Of a stretch of 64,000 bases of DNA, positions 49,071-58,171 are shown in pieces. The position numbers and the translations under genes were made by a program. Origin of the DNA: Chitinophagales bacterium (GTDB lineage Bacteria > Bacteroidota > Bacteroidia > Chitinophagales > JADIYW01); assembly GCA_023957245.1 (NCBI GenBank), contig JAMLHJ010000004.1, forward strand, positions 78,970 through 142,969, given 5' to 3'. The first letter of the stretch is position 1; every line of letters begins with the position of its first letter. Under the pieces are notes generated by a model. That model searched no databases. It had not been told where the DNA came from and saw only the letters and a program-made list of their open reading frames with translations.

Positions 49071-49557
49071 AGTCAGGAGCCAAGAATCAAGAGCCAAGAC
49101 AATGAAGTTACGAAGTACGAGTTACGAATGAAAATGCTGTTGAAACTAACCACAAAGAATGTTAAGTTTTACGCTAAGAACACTAAGTTCAATGAAGTAA
49201 AGTGGAGGTTTGAAGATTTGAAGATGTTGGTGGTTGAGCCCTATCAAAACCAACCGCAAAGAATGATAAAATTTAACCGCAAAGCACGCTAAGTTTTACG
49301 CTAAGAACACTAAGTTCAATGAAGTAATGTGGAGGTTTGAAGATTTGAAGGTGCTGGTGGTTGAGCCCTATCAAAACCAACCGCAAAGAATGATAAAATT
49401 TAACCGCAAAGGACGCTAAGTTTTACGCTAAGAATAAGGTAACGAGTAGATGTAGATTACTTCGTTCCACGCAAGGATTCTCCTAGCTCATCATACTGAG
49501 TTTATTTCAGTATTAAAAGAACGATAATAATTGACCCTGAATCGAGTTCATGGTGAC
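49071..49557 (+). repeat. right copy of the long non-coding direct repeat (two 127-bp units)
   Basis: It has the same sequence and orientation as 45654-46019 and begins 12 nt after the fibre-gene stop. Confidence 0.85.
49163..49416 (+). repeat. tandem duplication of a 127-bp unit within the right repeat
   Basis: The word TAAGTTTTACGCTAAGAA starts at 49163, 49290 and 49417 (period 127). The left copy has a single unit. Confidence 0.85.
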
Positions 49558-49641
49558 CCTTTGTGTGCTATTTTACAATACTCCCAATTAGAGTACATCA
49601 AGGAGAGGAAATGGTTTCTATTATATTTTTAAGCAAATACT

Positions 49642-49649
49642 TAGCTTTG
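49642..49649 (+). promoter_or_regulatory. -7 promoter box (TAGCTTTG) for dcp
   Basis: TAnnTTTG match 15 nt upstream of ATG 49664 and 27 nt upstream of ATG 49676. Confidence 0.45.
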
Positions 49650-49663
49650 TACTTTGATAATTA

Positions 49664-51802
49664 ATGAGATTTAAAATGAAAAAATATATTCTTTTAGCTC
49701 CTTTAACTTTTTTAGCATTAGCTTGTCATAGTTCAAAGGAAGTCATCAGTACAAGTAAAAATGAGATAAAAATGAGTTTAGATAATAACCCTTTATTGGA
49801 GGAAAGTGTATTGCCCTACTTTGCTCCAGATTTTAGAAAATTTAAAAATGAGCATTTTGAACCTGCAATCATTGAAGGAATATTGCAGAAAGAGCAAGCA
49901 GTGAATAAAATAGCAACTCAATCTGCTGAACCTACATTTGAAAATACTATTGTCGCTTTAGAAAAAAGTGGTGTTACCTTGACAAGAGTAATGCAGATAT
50001 TTGGTGCCTTGGAATCTGCTAATACCAATGATACATTGCAAGAAATAGATGAAGCGATGGCTCCAAAATTAGCAGAGTTAAGCGATAAAATGTATCTGAA
50101 TGTTGATTTGTTTAAAAGAATTAAAACTCTTTATGACAAAAGAAATCAATTGGGTCTAGATGCAGAATCTTTAAAATTGCTAGAAGTCTATTATCAAGAT
50201 TTTGAAATTTCAGGAGCTAATCTTTCCGATGCTGATAAAGAGATTCTAAAAGATTATAATGCTAGATTAGCTACTTTAAGTTCTAAGTTTAGTAAGGTTT
50301 TATTGGCAGCTAATAATGCGTCTGCAGTGAAATTTGAAAATGTAGAAGAATTAGATGGTCTGTCAGAGAAGGTATTGAATTCCTTATATGATAAAGATAG
50401 TAATGCATGGATTATACCATTGCAAAATACTACTCAACAACCTTTATTGGCTGCTATAAAAAATAGAGCAAGTAGAGAAAAATTATTTAAAGCATCATGG
50501 AATAGAACTGATGGTGGGGCTAATGATACAAAAGGATTGATTCAAGAAATGGTAGAATTGAGAGCTAAAAAAGCCCAACTTTTAGGTTTTGATAATTTTG
50601 CTGCATGGAGTTTACAGACTTCTATGGCTAAAAATCCTGAAAATGTCAATCATTTTTTTGCTGATTTGATTCCAGCTACTATGGCAAAAGCTCAGAAAGA
50701 ATCAGACGAAATACAACAAATGATTTATTCTACAGGAGAGAAATTTTCAGTCGAACCTTGGGATTGGGATTACTATTCAGAGATGGTTAGAAAGATGAAG
50801 TACGATTTGGATGAAGAACAAATCAAACCTTATTTTGAAATGTACAACGTATTGGAAAAAGGAGTTTTCTATGCAGCTACTCAATTATATGGTATTACAT
50901 TTAAAGAGCGTACAGATATTCCAGTCTATCATAGTGATGTAAGAGTCTATGAACTTTTTGAAGAAAATGGTTCTCCTTTGGGTTTATTTTATGCAGATTT
51001 TTTTGCACGTCCTTCAAAAAGAGGTGGAGCGTGGATGTCTAATTTTGTAGATCAATCTAAATTATTTGAACAAAAGCCTGTTATTTATAATGTATGCAAT
51101 TATCCTAAACCAGCGCCAGGAAGTCCTGCATTATTGACTTATGATGATGTGGAAACTATGTTTCATGAGTTTGGACATGCATTGCATGGATTTTTTGCCA
51201 ATCAACAATACCCTTCACTTTCAGGTACTGCAGTAGCACGAGATTTTGTAGAATTTCCTTCCCAAATCAATGAAAACTGGGCATTGTATCCACAAGTATT
51301 GAAAAACTATGCACTTCATTATGAGTCTGGCGAACAGATTCCTCAAAGTCTGATAGATAAAATAAAAAAATCTTCTACCTTCAATCAAGGCTATAGTTTA
51401 GGTGAAGTATTAGCAGCTGCCAATTTAGATATGCAATGGCATACAGTTCCTGCAGATAGTGTCATTAAAGATGTAGATGCTTTTGAAAAAGCGGCACTTC
51501 ATAGAACTTTATTGGACAAAGTACATGCAGTGCCTACAAGATATCGTTCTACTTATTTTGCACACATTTTCGGTGGAGGTTATTCAGCAGGATATTATGC
51601 TTATCTATGGACAGAAATGTTGGATCATGATGCATTTAGCTATATGGTGCAAAAAGGTGGATTGAATCGTGCTAATGGTCAAAGATTGAGAGAGATGATT
51701 CTTTCAAAAGGAAATACAGAAGATCTTAAACAGATGTATTTAGATTGGAGAGGAGCTGAGCCTCAAATTGAACCAATGCTCAAGGCAAGAGGCTTGGAGT
51801 AG
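49664..51802 (+). CDS. dcp: M3-family peptidyl-dipeptidase (Dcp-like), lipoprotein
   Basis: 712 aa with the zinc motif HEFGHALH and an N-terminal signal with lipobox LALAC. An alternative start is ATG 49676 (MKKYILL). Confidence 0.85.
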   Translation: MRFKMKKYILLAPLTFLALACHSSKEVISTSKNEIKMSLDNNPLLEESVLPYFAPDFRKFKNEHFEPAIIEGILQKEQAVNKIATQSAEPTFENTIVALEKSGVTLTRVMQIFGALESANTNDTLQEIDEAMAPKLAELSDKMYLNVDLFKRIKTLYDKRNQLGLDAESLKLLEVYYQDFEISGANLSDADKEILKDYNARLATLSSKFSKVLLAANNASAVKFENVEELDGLSEKVLNSLYDKDSNAWIIPLQNTTQQPLLAAIKNRASREKLFKASWNRTDGGANDTKGLIQEMVELRAKKAQLLGFDNFAAWSLQTSMAKNPENVNHFFADLIPATMAKAQKESDEIQQMIYSTGEKFSVEPWDWDYYSEMVRKMKYDLDEEQIKPYFEMYNVLEKGVFYAATQLYGITFKERTDIPVYHSDVRVYELFEENGSPLGLFYADFFARPSKRGGAWMSNFVDQSKLFEQKPVIYNVCNYPKPAPGSPALLTYDDVETMFHEFGHALHGFFANQQYPSLSGTAVARDFVEFPSQINENWALYPQVLKNYALHYESGEQIPQSLIDKIKKSSTFNQGYSLGEVLAAANLDMQWHTVPADSVIKDVDAFEKAALHRTLLDKVHAVPTRYRSTYFAHIFGGGYSAGYYAYLWTEMLDHDAFSYMVQKGGLNRANGQRLREMILSKGNTEDLKQMYLDWRGAEPQIEPMLKARGLE

Positions 51803-51933
51803 AATGATATCACATTTCTTTATTTGATTGTTGTTTTAATATTAAGGACAACTCAGTGTAGATTTGATATTTTCATAAGCATTATTTTGGGTTTAAACAA
51901 TGTTAATACATAGATGGAATGAGCTATAAATTT

Positions 51934-51941
51934 TACCTTTG
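51934..51941 (+). promoter_or_regulatory. -7 promoter box (TACCTTTG) for the MFS transporter
   Basis: TAnnTTTG match that overlaps the GTG start used by the ORF track. This favours ATG 51953 as the real start. Confidence 0.45.
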
Positions 51942-51952
51942 TGGCTTGCTTT

Positions 51953-53158
51953 ATGTCGAATACGAAAATAAATAAGCCATTTTTAGTTGTCATATTAGGG
52001 ATTTTGGCTGTGATAGGTCCATTTTCCATAGATATGTACATTCCTGGATTTCAGGATATTGCTAAGGATTTCATGGTGAATGAGAAAGAAGTTGCTTTTA
52101 CTATGACTTCTTTTTTTATTGGGATTTCATTGGGTCAGCTTTTTTATGGTCCTATTGTAGATAAATATGGCAGAAAAAATCCTTTGCTGATAGGGCTTTT
52201 GATGTACTCAATTGCTTCAATGGCATGTGCGTTTTCTATCAATATTGACTCAATGGCAATGTTGCGCTTTTTTCAAGCATTGGGTAGTTGTGCGGGAATA
52301 GTAGCTTCCAATGCAATTGTTGTTGATGTTTTTGAAGAAGATGAAAGACCAAGAATATTTTCCTACATCATGTTGGTCATGGGAGTAGGGCCATTAATAG
52401 CTCCAAGTATTGGTAGTCTTTTTCTGAGAATAGGTTCTTGGCATGATATGTTTTACTTTATGTCAGGCTTCTCGTTGCTTGTGTTTTTAATGATTTTCTT
52501 TTTTCTACCTGAGACAAATCGTTTTCAGAATAAGCAGAACATTGAGTTTGAAAAAGTATTTAAATCTTATTTTGAAGTGTTTAAAAACAAAAGATTTTTC
52601 ACATATACAATGGGAGGAAGCATTGCCAATTCTATCTTATTTGGGTATTTATCAGCTGCTTCATTTATATTTATTTCACATTATGGTCTCAGTCATACTA
52701 CCTTTTCAGTTGTCTTTGCTATCAACGCATCAGGATTAATATCTGGGAGTTATTTCAATGGATTTTTGACCAAATATTTCAATTATTTGAAGATAGTCAA
52801 AGTGGCATCATTTCTATTATTAGGTATTTCATTACTCATCTTCTTTTTAGTTGCACTATACCCTCAGATGCATTATACAAGAATGGTTTTGAGCGTATTT
52901 GCTATATTGTTTTTGATAGGATTTATCTATCCTAATGCTATTGCTGCTTCTTTGTCACCATTTCAAGAGAATGCCGGTACTGCTGCTGCATTAGGAGGTT
53001 CTATTCGGATGGCTTTTGGTGCTTTGGTTTCTGGATTGATTGGATGGTTACAGAGTGAAAATATCCTAATTATCTTTTTGATTACTTTAATACTTTCTGG
53101 ATTATCTACTGTATTTATTTCTTGGGCATCGAGAGATAAGGAATTGATAGAAGCATAG
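51953..53158 (+). CDS. MFS drug-efflux transporter (Bcr/CflA subfamily)
   Basis: About 400 aa with 12 predicted TM segments and the Bcr-type motif GPIVDKYGRK. Confidence 0.8.
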   Translation: MSNTKINKPFLVVILGILAVIGPFSIDMYIPGFQDIAKDFMVNEKEVAFTMTSFFIGISLGQLFYGPIVDKYGRKNPLLIGLLMYSIASMACAFSINIDSMAMLRFFQALGSCAGIVASNAIVVDVFEEDERPRIFSYIMLVMGVGPLIAPSIGSLFLRIGSWHDMFYFMSGFSLLVFLMIFFFLPETNRFQNKQNIEFEKVFKSYFEVFKNKRFFTYTMGGSIANSILFGYLSAASFIFISHYGLSHTTFSVVFAINASGLISGSYFNGFLTKYFNYLKIVKVASFLLLGISLLIFFLVALYPQMHYTRMVLSVFAILFLIGFIYPNAIAASLSPFQENAGTAAALGGSIRMAFGALVSGLIGWLQSENILIIFLITLILSGLSTVFISWASRDKELIEA

Positions 53159-53180
53159 ATTTTCGAAATATAGGAGAATT

Positions 53181-54269
53181 TTACATCTCTTTAGGCGCTT
53201 GATATAAAGGATTTTTCAAAACTGTACTATCTGAAAGTGAGATAAGATATGCTTTTAAATCTGCTTTATCTTGCTCACTTAACCCCAATCCCCATCGACC
53301 ATCTTGTAATAATCTTCTATTGGCTTCTGTAATCATTATCGGGTCTAAAGAGGGCGAAAGATTGGGACCATTATTATAAAAATCAATCACTTCATCTAAG
53401 GTCTTAAATCGCCCATCATGCATATAGGGTGCTGTCATTGTCAGGTTGCGCAAAGAAGGAATTTTGAACTGCCCATTATTTTGGGGATTCCCAGTATGTT
53501 CTCCATGTCCTTTGTCTTTAAACCCTTCTGGATTATCCACTACATCCAAACCATTATTGCTAAATACTTGAGAAGGATGAATAAATAGTTCAGGGGTAGA
53601 ATGGCAATGAAAGCAATCTGCCGCTTCGGTATTGAATAATTTGTAACCTCTTAATGCAGCTGCACTGAGATTGCCTTCTTTGCGAATGTATTTGTCAAAA
53701 GGAGAATTATAAGATACTATAGTTTTGACATATTGTGCTAATGCTCTAGCTACTAATTCTTTAGTAATATTATCAGTGCCGAAAGCATCTTTGAACATTT
53801 TTTTATAACCAATATGAGCGTTTAGTCTTTGTTCAGCTTCCTGCCATGTCAAATGCATCTCTGTCGTATCTGGAACTGGAAACAATGCTTGTTCTTCCAA
53901 GTTTTTTGCTCTTCCATCCCAAAAGAATTGTTTGCCCCATGCTAAATTATATAAGGACATTGATTGCCTTCTGCCTAATGTTCCTCCAACTCCTTCACTG
54001 AATTGTTTGGGGTCTGAAAATCCGTTTTCTGGCAAATGACAACTAGCACATGATAGTGTAAAATCTTTTGATAACCTTTTTTCAAAAAATAATTGATGCC
54101 CTAACCGGACTCCCTCTTCTGTAAGTGGATTATCGGGATTGAGTTCAGCTATTCGAAAATTAGAGATTTGTGGTAAAGCGTATGGAGTAGGATGATAACT
54201 ATTATCTTCTTTATCTTTCTTGCATGAAAAGAGAAAGCTGATGATAAATATTATTCCTAAATATCTCAT
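53181..54269 (-). CDS. di-haem cytochrome c peroxidase family protein (MbnH/MauG-like)
   Basis: 362 aa with lipobox FLFSC and two haem-binding motifs (CASCH, CFHCH). Its start overlaps the upstream stop (TAATG). Confidence 0.75.
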   Translation of the reverse strand: MRYLGIIFIISFLFSCKKDKEDNSYHPTPYALPQISNFRIAELNPDNPLTEEGVRLGHQLFFEKRLSKDFTLSCASCHLPENGFSDPKQFSEGVGGTLGRRQSMSLYNLAWGKQFFWDGRAKNLEEQALFPVPDTTEMHLTWQEAEQRLNAHIGYKKMFKDAFGTDNITKELVARALAQYVKTIVSYNSPFDKYIRKEGNLSAAALRGYKLFNTEAADCFHCHSTPELFIHPSQVFSNNGLDVVDNPEGFKDKGHGEHTGNPQNNGQFKIPSLRNLTMTAPYMHDGRFKTLDEVIDFYNNGPNLSPSLDPIMITEANRRLLQDGRWGLGLSEQDKADLKAYLISLSDSTVLKNPLYQAPKEM

Positions 54270-55027
54270 TATTCAAAAGCATTTGCTGAAAAATCCATCA
54301 TTTTTAAACCAATTTCTTTCTGCTCATTGATACTATGATAGCTGAAGAAATTGAGAATGTCTATGGTATCAGTTCCGTCAGTGTATAATTTGTCTAGATT
54401 AAATTGGATAGGTAGTTTTTTAAGATTTTTATCTCTCAAATCTAAATCAATATTGAGTGTGACAGTTCTTAGAAATTCATCTCCTCCCAAATGGTACGAA
54501 TAAGGTAGCGAATAGCTGCTGTCATTATCTTTGTCCAATTTTCCTTCAAATATCAAGAAGCGATATTTGAGCATGTCCCAAAACATATCTGTATCTCTAC
54601 TGAGTGGATGTGTGCTTGAAAATTGGTTGGGGTTCAAATCGTTGAGAGTAGGAGACAACCCTAAATCAAATTTTATCTGTTTATATTCTTGAGCGTCGAT
54701 ATTTCCAGAAGTGATTTCATTTTTGCCCAGCCAATATAAAAACACTCCCTGTTCATGTCCTGGAATATTCTTACTTATTGAAAATGGAAATTCTTGACCT
54801 TCTTGGTTAATAAAGCGAATATTGCTGATGTAAAATTTTAATTCAGATACTTTGTAATCTAAAAGAGAAAGATGCTGATAGATTTCTCCAGTTTTTACTA
54901 AACGATGATTTGCCATAGCATCAATTGAAATTTCTAAAGGTGTAGAAGGACTTTCAATATTGATGTCATCTTTTTTACATGCAGAAAACAATAAAAATAC
55001 CCAAAAGATATTGAACCAATTTTTCAT
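54269..55027 (-). CDS. MbnP-like periplasmic partner protein (lipoprotein)
   Basis: 252 aa with lipobox LLFSAC. The blocks VSELKFYISNIRFINQEGQE and HPLSRDTDMFWDMLKYRFLIFEGK resemble the MbnP family as I remember it. It is translationally coupled to the di-haem peroxidase. Confidence 0.5.
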   Translation of the reverse strand: MKNWFNIFWVFLLFSACKKDDINIESPSTPLEISIDAMANHRLVKTGEIYQHLSLLDYKVSELKFYISNIRFINQEGQEFPFSISKNIPGHEQGVFLYWLGKNEITSGNIDAQEYKQIKFDLGLSPTLNDLNPNQFSSTHPLSRDTDMFWDMLKYRFLIFEGKLDKDNDSSYSLPYSYHLGGDEFLRTVTLNIDLDLRDKNLKKLPIQFNLDKLYTDGTDTIDILNFFSYHSINEQKEIGLKMMDFSANAFE

Positions 55028-55114
55028 ATAGCAATGTTCTAATAATTGCTAAGTAAGTTACGGATTTATATTTGGTAATTATTTTTTCTAACGTTAACAG
55101 ATAATAAAATCAAA

Positions 55115-56317
55115 TTATTGTTTGCAAATTTTTTGAATATAAATATGTTCTTTTGATTGGATTTTGAGGATATAATTTCCTTTTGCAAGGTAATTGGGCA
55201 ATGAAATTTCTTGTTGATTTTGAATATTTTCCCCAAGAATATATTTTCCCCTAAGGTCAAATAATGAGAAAGAAAGCACTGATTGGTCTTGTTCGGCGAT
55301 TTTTACAACTATTTTATCACTGAAAGGATTGGGATAAACTTTGATATTGTCAGATAGATATTTGTTTTCAGAAATGCCTACTGAAATAGATGTATCTGAG
55401 GCAAATTTTGCTAAAGAAGCAATAGCCAATTGTGATATTTTATGAAAATATTGAAAATTGAAAAAATCTATAATATCGCTAGATGTGTGCCAATAGGGAT
55501 TGAAATCTGTACCCATATACTCTTCATTTAATCCTACTGCAGGATAATTATTCTTCCAAAAAGACGCATAATCTGAGTCTCCACTACCTGGATTGATAAC
55601 TTGAATTTTTAATCCTATTTGATAGTCTTCATTGATATTTTGGATAGTTCCAGCCAAATCCAATGAATTGGCAACTGGACGAACATGCAATTCTACATTG
55701 TTGTCTAAATTTTCATCCCAAGCTATCATGTCTAAATTGATATATCCTATCAAGGTATCATTGTTTTTGCCAAAAGACGAGGTATAAGCGGCACTACCTA
55801 ATAGCCCTCGTTCTTCTTCATCCCAAAATGCAAATACAATAGTATAAGGTAGAGAAATATCTTTCAAAACTCTTGCTGCTTCCAAGACTGCACTCACTCC
55901 ACTAGCATTGTCGTCAGCGCCTGGAGCTTTTGGGCTATTGGGTAAGTCATCATAATGTGCCCCAATAATGACTACTCTTTTGGGATATAATTCTCCTTCT
56001 TTTATTCCTAATAAATTTTTTCCTGTAGCACTAAATACCATTGAATCAGTTGCATAACCATAATCATGAATTCTGTTCTTTAAAAACTGAAAAGCTTTTT
56101 CATTTCCAATATGTAGATAATGCCTTGAAACAATAGTGTCCGCTACACCTTGAATATATACTGTTGATCTTCCAGTTAGTTGATTGACATTTTCGATTAG
56201 ACTATCTAGGTTGACCTTATTGACAATATCTTGGAGGTCAATCTCTTCTGCTTTTGTATTAGAAAATGAAAAGAAGATAAATGTTGTTGCAATCCAAAAC
56301 TGTAAAAGTAGCTTCAT
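55115..56317 (-). CDS. M28-family aminopeptidase with T9SS C-terminal sorting domain
   Basis: 400 aa with signal peptide and M28 metal ligands (GAHYDD, GADDNASG, FAFWDEEERGLLGS). The C-terminal KVYPNPFSDKIVVKI...GNYILKI is a Por_Secre_tail. Confidence 0.8.
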   Translation of the reverse strand: MKLLLQFWIATTFIFFSFSNTKAEEIDLQDIVNKVNLDSLIENVNQLTGRSTVYIQGVADTIVSRHYLHIGNEKAFQFLKNRIHDYGYATDSMVFSATGKNLLGIKEGELYPKRVVIIGAHYDDLPNSPKAPGADDNASGVSAVLEAARVLKDISLPYTIVFAFWDEEERGLLGSAAYTSSFGKNNDTLIGYINLDMIAWDENLDNNVELHVRPVANSLDLAGTIQNINEDYQIGLKIQVINPGSGDSDYASFWKNNYPAVGLNEEYMGTDFNPYWHTSSDIIDFFNFQYFHKISQLAIASLAKFASDTSISVGISENKYLSDNIKVYPNPFSDKIVVKIAEQDQSVLSFSLFDLRGKYILGENIQNQQEISLPNYLAKGNYILKIQSKEHIYIQKICKQ

Positions 56318-56384
56318 TATGTTATTTGAGGTGTATAAAGTTAGTATTTGATGACAATAAGAAGTAGCTTTTATTTTTGACTTT

Positions 56385-58064
56385 TTATTCTCCCTTATAT
56401 TTTAATGCAGTAGTATCATATAAAAAATACCATTCCTTGGCAATTTCTACCTTTTTAAATCCTTTTTGGGAATAGTTTTTAATGAAATCTTGCCATTCGT
56501 TATCCAATAAATATCTATCATCATAAAGCATCAGAGGGCTGACATAATATAATTGTGTACCCATGCTATCGGCATAATGGTTAAAGCTGCTTTTCTTCCA
56601 CATCGCTGGTTGCCATTTATATCTATCTCTTTTGTCTTCAGAGATAAAGCAAATAATTCCTCCTTCATCTTCAGAAATAGAGATAGTGTCTTTCAGAAAA
56701 GTGAAATTCTCCAACTTTCGAGCAGCTTGCACATTAAAATTGCCTTTTGTTTCTCTGAAATTGTCAAAATAAGCTCTGTCTTTGGCATTAGGAGCCAACC
56801 AAAGCAATAAAAAGATAAATGCTGATATTAATCCTAGATGATTCCTTGACGAACCGACTGAATTCCATCCAGTAAAACCATAAGAAATACTCAATATCAA
56901 TGTCATTATCAATAGGACTTGCATGACCATATAATGCTCTCTAGGAAATATCAAAATAACTGATAAAAATGTTGGACCTATTACTATTAATAAAAGCAAC
57001 CATTCTATCCATTGGGATTTCATAGTACTCCACCATTGTTGAAAATTGATTTTTTTAAATATTACAATGCCTATTAAAGGAATTGATAGTATTATTGTGC
57101 GCCATAATGCATTGATTTTGAACATAGATTCTGGCAAAAGTAAATCTGTGTAAAATTTCCAAATATTGAGCAGATAATTAATGAAATTGGAATGAATATG
57201 CTTCATAAATGCCACAGGATTGGCTTTGTACGCACTATATGAATCATAATTTTTTCCAAAATCTGCTTCAAAAATTTCCTGACCATGCAATTGCCATCTA
57301 TCTGGCCTTAAATGATTCCATATCGAATAATTGTAGGCATAATGTTGTGCAAATGCAGCAATTGCTCTACCTCCTTCAAAACTAAATAATGGATTGCCTA
57401 ATACCTTCTGCAAACCGACGATTCCTAATATTAATATCCCACTCAATGACCATGTAATTTTGTGAATAGAGGATTTTTTTACAAGTTGAACAATAATACT
57501 GATGATAATAATTAAGAATAACACGACAAATGCCAAATACAATTCTGGCCGCATATAAGAGGCAATGAGTGTGCCTCCAGCAACAATAATCACTTTATCA
57601 AGTTTTCGTTGAAAATAAGTGGAAACAATAAAAGTGAAAATGAGTATCGAAGTCGTATAAAGAGATATTTTTGGCCAAGAATGGAAATTGATAGCAGAAG
57701 CGATATAAAACATGGAAATTATAGCAGCAGCTAGAGGTCTTATGCCAATTCTCGTCCAATAAATGAAAAACAACACTCCAGGGAGCATTGTCAATACTTG
57801 GAAATTAAATAAATAGAGCTGAAGAGGATGTTTTTGGAAAAAATGTAAAAAATAATACCATGCAGCGTACATCGGTCCCCATGCTTTCTGAAGCTTAGTA
57901 GTGAATAGAAGCCCATTTTGCATATAGAGACCTTCATCCCATCCCAATACATCTACATAATTTGGAATACGCCAAACACTAATTACACCAAATGCAATGA
58001 TGCTTATGAGTAAGTACAAATACATCAGTTTAGATGTCTTTTTGAAATTTGATTTTTCTGTCAT
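56385..58064 (-). CDS. polytopic membrane protein of unknown function (possibly a GT-C-type glycosyltransferase)
   Basis: 559 aa with more than 10 hydrophobic segments followed by a soluble C-terminal domain of about 130 aa. No motif recognised with certainty. Confidence 0.5.
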   Translation of the reverse strand: MTEKSNFKKTSKLMYLYLLISIIAFGVISVWRIPNYVDVLGWDEGLYMQNGLLFTTKLQKAWGPMYAAWYYFLHFFQKHPLQLYLFNFQVLTMLPGVLFFIYWTRIGIRPLAAAIISMFYIASAINFHSWPKISLYTTSILIFTFIVSTYFQRKLDKVIIVAGGTLIASYMRPELYLAFVVLFLIIIISIIVQLVKKSSIHKITWSLSGILILGIVGLQKVLGNPLFSFEGGRAIAAFAQHYAYNYSIWNHLRPDRWQLHGQEIFEADFGKNYDSYSAYKANPVAFMKHIHSNFINYLLNIWKFYTDLLLPESMFKINALWRTIILSIPLIGIVIFKKINFQQWWSTMKSQWIEWLLLLIVIGPTFLSVILIFPREHYMVMQVLLIMTLILSISYGFTGWNSVGSSRNHLGLISAFIFLLLWLAPNAKDRAYFDNFRETKGNFNVQAARKLENFTFLKDTISISEDEGGIICFISEDKRDRYKWQPAMWKKSSFNHYADSMGTQLYYVSPLMLYDDRYLLDNEWQDFIKNYSQKGFKKVEIAKEWYFLYDTTALKYKGE

Positions 58065-58171
58065 AATTCGTGTTCAAAAATACAGATTTATAATGTGAAG
58101 ATATTTTTAATAGTGAAATTCCCCTGATTTTTCTACAATTTTGAATAATTTAGCTCTATAAATTGATATGT

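Noticed and set aside
3638-58171. N-terminal extensions from TTG/GTG starts in the ORF track, at 3638, 20936, 25886, 37200, 51941 and 58163.
   Set aside because: In each case a nearby downstream ATG gives a canonical N-terminus or signal peptide. The extension overlaps a terminator (20936) or a promoter box (51941).
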